A stretch of 64,000 bases of DNA from Clostridia bacterium (GTDB taxonomy: Bacteria > Bacillota > Clostridia > RUG12999): positions 1,884 to 65,883 of the forward strand of contig JAFQMF010000014.1 in the NCBI GenBank assembly GCA_017396395.1, written 5' to 3'. Positions 1 to 7,814 of the stretch are shown here, one piece after another. Numbering within the stretch: the first letter of the stretch is position 1; every line of letters begins with the position of its first letter. The translations under genes and the position numbers were made by a program. The notes below the pieces were generated by a model that did not search any database, was not told where the DNA came from, and was given only the letters and a program-made list of their open reading frames with translations.

Positions 1-162
1 CTTGTATCTTCACTTGGTAAGTTCTATGGTTTAGTAACAGGCATTAACGATTTAGATGCAATAATTATTGGTAAAGCTTTCGTTGTTATTAACGGACAGA
101 CACATTATGGAGCTCTTAAGTCAGTAGCTGTTGATACAGCTAAATGGCTTGGTACAAAATAA
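1..162 (+). CDS. 3' end of a gene truncated by the window edge, possibly a surface/secreted protein
   Basis: Frame 1 is open from base 1 to TAA at 160-162: LVSSLGKFYGLVTGINDLDAIIIGKAFVVINGQTHYGALKSVAVDTAKWLGTK. Codon usage resembles the well-expressed genes. The product cannot be identified from this fragment. Confidence 0.6.
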   Translation, partial: LVSSLGKFYGLVTGINDLDAIIIGKAFVVINGQTHYGALKSVAVDTAKWLGTK

Positions 163-197
163 TTAAGTGATTAGTCCTTGAAAGGAGACATATTATT

Positions 198-350
198 ATG
201 AAAAAAGTATTTCAGGCACCTGTAGCACAGGTGGTAAAATTCAATGCTCCTGACGTAATTTGCACAAGTACTCCTGTTGAGCCTACTGTTCTTGCTAACA
301 ATGGCGGAAACAATATAGGAACTCAAGATTACGCAGATTTACTTGGCTAA
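198..350 (+). CDS. 50-aa putative RiPP precursor peptide with a lasso-type leader
   Basis: Strong RBS AAAGGAG at 181-187, ATG at 198, TAA at 348-350. Translation: MKKVFQAPVAQVVKFNAPDVICTSTPVEPTVLANNGGNNIGTQDYADLLG. The FxxP motif resembles the YxxP RRE-binding motif of lasso leaders. It lies upstream of PqqD, kinase and peptidase genes and is below the ORF-track length cutoff. Confidence 0.8.
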   Translation: MKKVFQAPVAQVVKFNAPDVICTSTPVEPTVLANNGGNNIGTQDYADLLG

Positions 351-385
351 TTTTTAGGATTATTGAGTAAATGACCTTATGCAAA

Positions 386-534
386 CATAACCACCCGCCA
401 GGCGGGTGGTTATGATTGTCTAAAGGCTTCTCTGCAGGGAGTGAAGCCTTTAAAAAAGGTATATCAAAAACTAATAAACCCCACTAGAAGGGAAGGGGCT
501 TAATCCTTTCCCTAACCTTTGGGGAAAGGATTAA
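386..534. repeat. Cluster of inverted repeats downstream of the precursor gene
   Basis: CATAACCACCCGCC-a-GGCGGGTGGTTATG (386-414, perfect 14-bp arms); TAAAGGCTTC..GAAGCCTTTA (421-452); TTAATCCTTTCCC..GGGAAAGGATTAA (500-534). Confidence 0.8.
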
Positions 535-567
535 AAACTACATGACAGATAAAATGGAGGTATATCC

Positions 568-1008
568 ATGAAAAAAATTATAGTTTTATTAATGATTTTT
601 ATAATGGCAGTATCCATTACTGCTTTTGCAACAGAAAATATCAGCGTTTATATAGGCAACAAAAAACTTGAGTTTGATGTACAGCCTCAGTTAATTAATG
701 ACAGAACTATGGTACCTATGCGTAAAATTTTTGAAAGCTTAGGTGCTGAGGTAACATGGGTTGGAGAGGCAGAAACTATTGTAGCAACTCGTGATTCACA
801 GATTATAGTTATGGAAATAGGAAAATTAAGCTTTACCGTTACAGACGTAAAAACTGAAGTAACAAAAGAAGTTATTCTTGATGTTCCCCCTCAGTTAGTA
901 GAGAGCAGAACTCTTGTTCCTGTTCGTGCCATTTCAGAAACCTTTGGTTATACTGTAAACTGGGATGATGCTACCACAACCGTAACTATTTTAAGACCTG
1001 CGGCTTAA
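568..1008 (+). CDS. Secreted copper-amine-oxidase-N-terminal (stalk) domain protein
   Basis: Signal peptide MKKIIVLLMIFIMAVSITAFA; two repeats of the P.l...RTxVPxRxIxExxG.xVxW motif typical of Cu_amine_oxidN1. Confidence 0.85.
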   Translation: MKKIIVLLMIFIMAVSITAFATENISVYIGNKKLEFDVQPQLINDRTMVPMRKIFESLGAEVTWVGEAETIVATRDSQIIVMEIGKLSFTVTDVKTEVTKEVILDVPPQLVESRTLVPVRAISETFGYTVNWDDATTTVTILRPAA

Positions 1009-1009
1009 T

Positions 1010-1705
1010 ATGTTTTATATAAAATTAGCAGACTTAAAAATTAAAATTGAAAATAAATATGAATATATTTCAGATATGTGCAAGGATTATTTAACAGACG
1101 GGGGAAATGAAAATTTCTCCCTTTCTGTCACACAGGAGGAGATACTCCGAGAACAGGCAGGACAGGAAGGATTTCCTTTAGGGTATTTAGAAAGCCTTGC
1201 AATTTACCGCAAAATAGCTGAAATGCTTCCTGCATACGGAGGTTTTTTAATGCATGGTGCGGTAATTACCTATGAGGATACGGGGATAGCTTTTCTTGCA
1301 CGCTCAGGCGTAGGAAAGACTACCCATATTGTAAATTGGAAAAAACTATTTGGTGATAAAGTAAAACCTGTTAACGGGGACAAGCCTTTGGTACGGCTTA
1401 TTGATAACAACGTATTTGTTTATGGTACGCCCTGGGCAGGAAAAGAAAATGTTCATCGAAACACACGGGCAATACTGAAAAAGATTTGCTTTATTGAAAG
1501 AGATGTTAACAGTAGTGTAACAGAAATCTCTAAAAAAGAGGCATTTGAAAGATTTTTGCCTCAGGTATATCTTGATAAAAACTATACCGCATTTGGAGTT
1601 ATTGATGAATGTTTTAAAAAGTGTGAATTTTATTTAATTAAATGTAATAGGGATATTTCGTCAGCACAAACTGCATTTGACGGAATAATGACAAAGGGGT
1701 TATAA
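1010..1705 (+). CDS. HPr-kinase-like P-loop protein (PadeK/ScmC-like putative peptide kinase)
   Basis: LMHGA, Walker A ARSGVGKTT, NGDKP and YGTPWAGKE motifs; adjacent to a PqqD gene. Confidence 0.75.
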   Translation: MFYIKLADLKIKIENKYEYISDMCKDYLTDGGNENFSLSVTQEEILREQAGQEGFPLGYLESLAIYRKIAEMLPAYGGFLMHGAVITYEDTGIAFLARSGVGKTTHIVNWKKLFGDKVKPVNGDKPLVRLIDNNVFVYGTPWAGKENVHRNTRAILKKICFIERDVNSSVTEISKKEAFERFLPQVYLDKNYTAFGVIDECFKKCEFYLIKCNRDISSAQTAFDGIMTKGL

Positions 1706-1706
1706 A

Positions 1707-1973
1707 ATGAGAGTAAAAGAAGGGTTTGTTCTTCATACGGTTTGTGATGAAAATCTTGTTGTTCCAATCGGTAAGGCAACAGAGGAATTTCACGGAATGA
1801 TAAGGCTTAACGATACAGGTGCCTTTCTTTGGAAGCTTATGGACTCTGAGTTTTCTAAAGAAACTTTAGTTACGGCACTTCTTTCTGAATATGATGTGGA
1901 GCAGAAGGAAGCACAGGATACTGTAGAGGCATTTTTGAACAATTTAATAGAAAACGGAATTATACAAAAGTGA
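1707..1973 (+). CDS. PqqD-family protein / stand-alone RiPP recognition element (B1-like)
   Basis: 88 aa with the pattern LNDTGAFLW...LLSEYDVE..A...V..FL..L.ENGII. Confidence 0.9.
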   Translation: MRVKEGFVLHTVCDENLVVPIGKATEEFHGMIRLNDTGAFLWKLMDSEFSKETLVTALLSEYDVEQKEAQDTVEAFLNNLIENGIIQK

Positions 1974-2398
1974 AGGAAACAAGTATTAAGCAGGAACTAA
2001 AAGAGGGTAAAACCGTAATTTATTATACTATGGGTATTAGTATGGAGCCTCTATTAAAGGCAAGAAGAACTCATGTAGTTCTTACACCTGTGTCAAAACC
2101 CCAAAAGTACGATATCCTTCTTTATGAAAGACAAGACGGAAAATATGTTCTTCACAGACTTTTGAATATTAAAAATGACTTTTTTTATATTCGCGGAGAC
2201 AATACCTTTTACTTGGAAAAAATTCACCCAAGTCAGATTATAGGTAAAGTATCCAGAGTCTATCGAAATGGAAGATACATAGATGTAGAAAAAAGCTTTA
2301 TTTACAAGGTATATGTTTTGGTAAACATATGGAGTTATCCTTTAAGATTTTTCCGTTACAAGCTTAAAAAACTTCGTGCAAGAAAGCAACGGGGGTAA
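1970..2398 (+). CDS. S24/S26-family (signal-peptidase-like) peptidase
   Basis: GISMEP (catalytic Ser box), DILLY, VLHRL (His), RGDN and IIGKV motifs; the GTG start overlaps the PqqD stop (GTGA). Confidence 0.8.
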   Translation: MKETSIKQELKEGKTVIYYTMGISMEPLLKARRTHVVLTPVSKPQKYDILLYERQDGKYVLHRLLNIKNDFFYIRGDNTFYLEKIHPSQIIGKVSRVYRNGRYIDVEKSFIYKVYVLVNIWSYPLRFFRYKLKKLRARKQRG

Positions 2399-2399
2399 A

Positions 2400-3551
2400 A
2401 TGCTTATGAATAAAAAAATATTAAATACAACAAGTGATTTGTTATATTTGGTAAAGTGCGTTTTAAATGGTAATAAGGCTGACAAAAACCTTATCAATAC
2501 CGAACTAAAAAATATATATTTAATTGCAAAAGCTCACAATCTTTCTGCAATAGTTGCCTATGCTTTTTCAGATATGGATACTCAAGACTTTGCACCTGAA
2601 GAGCAAAAGGTAATTTCAGCCTTTATGGATGAAAAAAATAAGGCTAAGAGGAATATGGTGTTATTTGAGCTTGAGCGTAATGCCCTGACAGACTTTTTTG
2701 AGGAGCAGGGCATTTTGTATATGCTGATGAAGGGTGCGCTGATAAGCAAGCTGTACCCTAAAGCTTTTATGCGTCAGATGGTGGATAACGACATCTGGTT
2801 TGATATAGCCTATGGGGAAAAAGTCATAGAGTGGTTTAAAAATAGGGAATATAATTGTAAAGTGGAAGACACAACTATTCATTATACATTTACTAAAGCA
2901 CCTGTGCTGAATTTTGAACTGCATTATGCTCCTTTATTTGCTAAATTCTGGAACAACACTTTTCATGAGTACTATAAAGAAAAATTTGAAAACCTTATAG
3001 CTAATCATAAAGAAGGTTGTGTCCTTAAATTTTCAGATGAAGATTTTTTTGTTTATATTTTTGCACATGCATATAAGCACTACAGCAACAGAGGTACAGG
3101 ACTTCGCACCCTTGTGGATATTTACCTTTTAAACAAAGAATATTCTAAAAAAATTAATATGGAATATGTAAATCAGCAATTTGAAATTCTTGGTATAACG
3201 GAGTTTGCAAATGATATTATAAACCTTACGCATACTATCTTTCAAGGAAATGGAAATTTAAATAATAAACAAAAAAATATCCTTTCATTTGTTTCAGTAA
3301 GCAATGCTTACGGAAACAGCTACTCCATGGAATTAAACAAAATTAAGAAAGTAACAAACAGTTCAGCTAAAATTAATATATTTGTTAAGATTAAATATAT
3401 TTTAAAGCGAATTTTCCCAAGTGTTAAAAATTTAGATATAAAATATAAAAATGAGAAAAAATATAAAATTCCCATAATTTACATATGCAGATTTGTACGG
3501 GGATTTGGACGTGGGCTGAAAGAGTTAAAATCAATTATTAAAATAAAGTAA
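2400..3551 (+). CDS. Nucleotidyltransferase-family protein (NTP_transf_5-like), paralog 1
   Basis: MKG..I..LYP...MRQMVDNDIWF, NFELH and HAYKHY...GTGLRTLVDIY motifs. Start placed at ATG 2400 (or 2406) after GGGGG, not at the GTG at 2376. Confidence 0.8.
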   Translation: MLMNKKILNTTSDLLYLVKCVLNGNKADKNLINTELKNIYLIAKAHNLSAIVAYAFSDMDTQDFAPEEQKVISAFMDEKNKAKRNMVLFELERNALTDFFEEQGILYMLMKGALISKLYPKAFMRQMVDNDIWFDIAYGEKVIEWFKNREYNCKVEDTTIHYTFTKAPVLNFELHYAPLFAKFWNNTFHEYYKEKFENLIANHKEGCVLKFSDEDFFVYIFAHAYKHYSNRGTGLRTLVDIYLLNKEYSKKINMEYVNQQFEILGITEFANDIINLTHTIFQGNGNLNNKQKNILSFVSVSNAYGNSYSMELNKIKKVTNSSAKINIFVKIKYILKRIFPSVKNLDIKYKNEKKYKIPIIYICRFVRGFGRGLKELKSIIKIK

Positions 3552-3567
3552 GGGTTATGCAATAATT

Positions 3568-4707
3568 ATGACGGAACAATTATTTGTTGTTATGCAAGAT
3601 ATAGTTTATCTTATAGATTGCGTTTCAATGGAAAAGAAAGCTGATATTTCTCGGCTTAAATGCCAACTTAATACTATTTATAATTTTGCTAAACTAAACA
3701 GCTTATCGGCACTGATAGCCTATGCTTTTGAGGATGCTTTAAAATATTCTGACAGGGACAAGTCTGCTATTGTAGCATTTGAAGAAGAAAAAAACATAGC
3801 TATGCGTAATATGGTGCTCTTTGAACTGGAAAGAAATTGTCTTGTTGATTTTTTAAAGAAAAACGACATATTTCATATGATACTTAAAGGGGTACATATA
3901 AGCGATTTATATCCAAAACCTTTTATGCGTCAGGTGGCAGACAATGATATCTGGTTTGACAAGTCATATGAAAATCAGGTTGTCAGCTGGTTTAAGGACA
4001 GGGGATATACTTGTAAAATGAACGCTCCCGTTCATTATGAATTCACAAAAGAACCAGTGCTTAACTTTGAAATGCATCACACCTCTCTTTTTTCAAAAAG
4101 CGGATATGATGTTTTCTATGAATATTATAACGAAAAGCTTCAAAGCCTTGTTTTAAACAGCAAAGACTTTCAACTGAATTTTTCTGATGAAGATTTTTAT
4201 GTGTATATAATTTGTCACAGTTATAAGCATTATACTGAGGCAGGGACAGGCTTTCGAACATTAGTTGATTTGTTTTTCTTAAATAAAAAACTTTCAGAAA
4301 AGCTTAATCGTGATTATATAGACAGTCAGCTTAAAAAGCTGGGCATTTACGATTTCGAACAAAGCTTGCAGGAAATTTGCAAAGCGGTTTTCTTAAAGAA
4401 AAGCTTAGATGAAAAAAATAAAAAAATGCTTTTGTACATATTAAACGCAGGAACTTATGGAGATAGAGTTACCAATATGTCCAACAAAATAAAAAGGGTA
4501 ACGGGGGGAAAGGTTAATGCCTTTACAAAGGCTAAATATATTCTTTCAAGAGTGTTTCCAAAGCCTGAAATAATTAAGGAAAGATATGGTAAAATAGGTA
4601 TAGTGTTATTACCTGTATTTTACTTAATTCGTATTTTGCAGTGCATTTTTAAGGGATTTTCAAAAGGGTTAAATGAAATCAGGTGGATTTTAAAGGCAAA
4701 ACAATAG
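3568..4707 (+). CDS. Nucleotidyltransferase-family protein (NTP_transf_5-like), paralog 2
   Basis: LKG..I..LYP...MRQVADNDIWF, NFEMH and HSYKHY...GTGFRTLVDLF motifs; colinear with the upstream paralog. Confidence 0.8.
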   Translation: MTEQLFVVMQDIVYLIDCVSMEKKADISRLKCQLNTIYNFAKLNSLSALIAYAFEDALKYSDRDKSAIVAFEEEKNIAMRNMVLFELERNCLVDFLKKNDIFHMILKGVHISDLYPKPFMRQVADNDIWFDKSYENQVVSWFKDRGYTCKMNAPVHYEFTKEPVLNFEMHHTSLFSKSGYDVFYEYYNEKLQSLVLNSKDFQLNFSDEDFYVYIICHSYKHYTEAGTGFRTLVDLFFLNKKLSEKLNRDYIDSQLKKLGIYDFEQSLQEICKAVFLKKSLDEKNKKMLLYILNAGTYGDRVTNMSNKIKRVTGGKVNAFTKAKYILSRVFPKPEIIKERYGKIGIVLLPVFYLIRILQCIFKGFSKGLNEIRWILKAKQ

Positions 4708-4716
4708 GAGTTTGGT

Positions 4717-6402
4717 ATGAAAAATTCTACAGTAAAAAGACTTTCAAAGGTTATTGGAAAATACAAGTTTAATATTTTAGTTCTTAGTATTATACAGCTT
4801 ATCAGCGGTGTAATTACTGTATATTTTGCACTAGCTATGAAGCAGACAGTGGATTTTGCAGTGAGCAAAAGTGCTGAGGGATTTAAAATTTCCTTTATAT
4901 CCCTGATTTCTCTTGTTATATTTCAAATTTTATTGCATGTGTTTGCAAGATATTTTTACGAGCTTACCCTTGCAAATGTTGAAAACAGGTTTCAGTCAAG
5001 ACTATTTGAAACACTTTTAAACAAGGATTTTTCTGCTGTTACCGCTTTCCACTCAGGAGAATGGATGAACAGACTTACTTCAGATGTTTCAATTGTAACA
5101 TCAAGCGTTGTTAATATTATACCCTCTGCAGTAGGTATGATTGTGCGTCTTACAGGTGCACTTATAGTTATTGTGGCACTGGAGCCTAAATTTTTGTTAT
5201 TTTTGTTGCCTTGCGGATTAGGCGTAGCATTATTCAGCTTTTTATTACGAAAAAAAATGAAGAAAATGCATAAAAATGTTCGCGAAGCAGACGGAAGGCT
5301 CAGAGGATATTTACAGGAACAGTTAACAAGCGGTGTACTTATAAGATGTTTTGGTGCTCAGAAAGACACCCTTTCTAAAGCAAAGGGTTATATGGGAGAA
5401 TATAAAAGAGAGAGAATTAAAAAAAGCAATTTTTCAAACGCTGCAAATGTTCTTCTTTCTGTTGGTGTAAACGCACTTTATTTAATGGGACTGGGTTTTT
5501 CCTGCGTGCGTCTTTTAGCAGGAAGTATTACATATGGTACACTGACAGCACTATTACAGCTGGTGGGTCAGCTTCAGTCTCCTGTAATAGGTCTTACGGG
5601 AATTATACCAAGATTTTACAGTATGATTGCAAGTGCAGAGCGTCTTAATGAGGCAGAGGATTTTCCAGAGGATATTTCAGAAACTTTAATGGAATATGCT
5701 CCTGTAATGGAGTATTTTAATAAGGATTTTTTACAGATACAGTTTAATAATGTAAGCTTTGCATATCCGGGTTCTGAGGAAGATGAGGTAACCCATAATG
5801 CTAACTTAACCATAAATAAAGGGGATTGTGTTGCTTTAGTAGGTTATTCAGGCAGCGGAAAATCCACTTTAATCAAGCTGTTGTTATCCTTGTATTCGCC
5901 AACTAAAGGTGAGATTGTTTTAAAAGATAATAAAGGGGAAAGTATTCCTCTTACAGGAGCTTGGAGAAGGCTTTTTGCCTATGTTCCGCAGGATAACAGG
6001 CTTACCAGTGGGTCAATACGTGATGCCGTAGCTTTTTCAAGACCAAATGAAAGAGATAATGACAGCAAAATAATAGAGGCATTAAAGGTAGCATCTGCAG
6101 ATGAGTTTGTATTAAGCTTGCCAAAGGGAATAGATAGTATGCTAAGTGAGTGCGGTGGCGGAATATCCGAAGGGCAGATGCAGAGAATTGCAGTTGCAAG
6201 GGCTGTTTTTTCTGAAAGTCCCATACTTCTTCTTGACGAGGCGACCAGTGCACTTGACGGAAAGACAGAAAGCAGGCTTTTAGAAAATATAAAAAATATG
6301 ACAGATAAAACGGTGCTTTTAATTGCTCACAGGCCCGCAGCACTGGAAATCTGCAATAAGATATATGATGTAAGTGATAATGGAATAAATCAAATTAAGT
6401 AA
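4717..6402 (+). CDS. ABC exporter with fused permease and ATPase domains
   Basis: N-terminal TM helices, Walker A GYSGSGKST, signature variant ISEGQ, Walker B ILLLDE, H-loop IAHR; no C39 peptidase domain. Confidence 0.9.
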   Translation: MKNSTVKRLSKVIGKYKFNILVLSIIQLISGVITVYFALAMKQTVDFAVSKSAEGFKISFISLISLVIFQILLHVFARYFYELTLANVENRFQSRLFETLLNKDFSAVTAFHSGEWMNRLTSDVSIVTSSVVNIIPSAVGMIVRLTGALIVIVALEPKFLLFLLPCGLGVALFSFLLRKKMKKMHKNVREADGRLRGYLQEQLTSGVLIRCFGAQKDTLSKAKGYMGEYKRERIKKSNFSNAANVLLSVGVNALYLMGLGFSCVRLLAGSITYGTLTALLQLVGQLQSPVIGLTGIIPRFYSMIASAERLNEAEDFPEDISETLMEYAPVMEYFNKDFLQIQFNNVSFAYPGSEEDEVTHNANLTINKGDCVALVGYSGSGKSTLIKLLLSLYSPTKGEIVLKDNKGESIPLTGAWRRLFAYVPQDNRLTSGSIRDAVAFSRPNERDNDSKIIEALKVASADEFVLSLPKGIDSMLSECGGGISEGQMQRIAVARAVFSESPILLLDEATSALDGKTESRLLENIKNMTDKTVLLIAHRPAALEICNKIYDVSDNGINQIK

Positions 6403-6502
6403 CCCCGGAAGAAATTTTGTTGTATTTTATTTAATAACAGTTATTGCACAGTAAGAAGAATATATTCCAAAAAGCAGGTTATTTCAAATAATAAGTAAAA
6501 AT

Positions 6503-6540
6503 TGCCGATACAAAAAAGTTTTATGCTTTATGTATCGGCA
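6503..6540. terminator. Hairpin between convergent genes
   Basis: TGCCGATACA...TGTATCGGCA inverted repeat. Confidence 0.55.
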
Positions 6541-6544
6541 TTCT

Positions 6545-7126
6545 TTATTTCTTTTTATGTTTATTTTTTTTCTTTACTGAAAATCCAAAATCTCCCAGAT
6601 ACTTACCAAGTGTATAATAACTGCCGTGAGCATAAGCAAGAAGATCTGCTTTCCAAAGACAGATTTTTCCGTTTTTATCAATAAGATTGCTATCCACATT
6701 TACAGCAAGAATTTCTGCCATAAACACATTATGAGTACCAAGAGGAGTTTCGTTTATTACCTTGCACTCGATATTTACAGGACACTGAGAAATTAAAGGT
6801 GCAGATACACGGGTAGCATTTAAGGCAGTGAGCTTAAATTCAGCAAATTTATCAATATCTCTGCCACTTTTAACTCCGCAAATATCACAAACTTTAACAA
6901 GTGATGCTGGCACTAAATTTATAACAAACTGCCCTGTGCGTCTTATAATTTCATATGAATGTCTTGAGGGACGCACAGATATATATGTAATTGGCGGGTC
7001 TGTACACATAGTTCCTGTCCAGGCAACAGTAAAAATATTTTGCTGATTTTCGTCACCGCAGGAAACAAGTGTAGGTGGTACAGGGGAGAGCATAGCTCCG
7101 CCTTTGAATGTTGTTTTATTCATCAT
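6545..7126 (-). CDS. Flavin reductase-like (DIM6/NTAB) protein
   Basis: PVPPTLVSCG, TVAWTG, ISVRPSRHSY, CGVKSGRD and LGTHNVF motifs. Confidence 0.85.
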   Translation of the reverse strand: MMNKTTFKGGAMLSPVPPTLVSCGDENQQNIFTVAWTGTMCTDPPITYISVRPSRHSYEIIRRTGQFVINLVPASLVKVCDICGVKSGRDIDKFAEFKLTALNATRVSAPLISQCPVNIECKVINETPLGTHNVFMAEILAVNVDSNLIDKNGKICLWKADLLAYAHGSYYTLGKYLGDFGFSVKKKNKHKKK

Positions 7127-7137
7127 AGAAACCTACT

Positions 7138-7806
7138 TTATACATTTTCTATCTGCCAGTCAATTTTTTTCTCACCTATTGAGGAAAGTATGGCATTGGT
7201 TTTGGAAAAGTGCTTGCAACCAAAAAAACCGCCATAGGCAGAAAGAGGACTTGGATGTACTGTAGTAAGTACATAGTGATGGGGATTTGTAATATACTTT
7301 AGCTTTTCCTTTGCATTTCCACCCCAAAGAAGGAAGATTACAGGAGTTTTTCTTTCGTTAAGTGCTTTTATTACACTATCGGTAAAGGTTGTCCATCCAG
7401 TTTTTTTATGGGAATTTGCTTTTCCTTCCTCTACAGTAAGCACAGTATTAAGGAGCAATACTCCTTGCTTTGCCCACTTTTCCAAATATCCGTTATCAGG
7501 AATATAACAGCCAAGGTCGCTGTTTAATTCTTTGTACATATTACAAAGACTGGGCGGAATAGTAATACCTTTATTTACTGAAAAAGCAAGTCCGTGTGCC
7601 TGCCCCTGCTCGTGGTATGGGTCCTGACCTAAAATTACTACTTTAACATCATCATAATCAGTAAACTTAAAAGCATTAAATATACAGTCTTTTGGAGGAA
7701 ATATAGTTTTGTTTGCATATTCCTCATTTACAAAAGCCATAAGCTTTATAAAATAGTCTTTTTCCGTTTCTTGCTTTAAAACCTTATCCCATTTTGTATT
7801 AAACAT
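7138..7806 (-). CDS. ung: Uracil-DNA glycosylase, family 1
   Basis: GQDPYH, LLLNTVLTV and HPSPLS catalytic motifs. Confidence 0.97.
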   Translation of the reverse strand: MFNTKWDKVLKQETEKDYFIKLMAFVNEEYANKTIFPPKDCIFNAFKFTDYDDVKVVILGQDPYHEQGQAHGLAFSVNKGITIPPSLCNMYKELNSDLGCYIPDNGYLEKWAKQGVLLLNTVLTVEEGKANSHKKTGWTTFTDSVIKALNERKTPVIFLLWGGNAKEKLKYITNPHHYVLTTVHPSPLSAYGGFFGCKHFSKTNAILSSIGEKKIDWQIENV

Positions 7807-7814
7807 AATAACCT

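Noticed and set aside
1707-1973. PQQ biosynthesis gene
   Set aside because: No pqqA/B/C/E-like genes; the context fits a general RiPP recognition element.
198-6402. Canonical lasso peptide cluster
   Set aside because: No lasso cyclase or B2 transglutaminase-like gene in the window, and the predicted core has no Asp/Glu at positions 7-9. Caveat: sequence upstream of base 1 is not visible.
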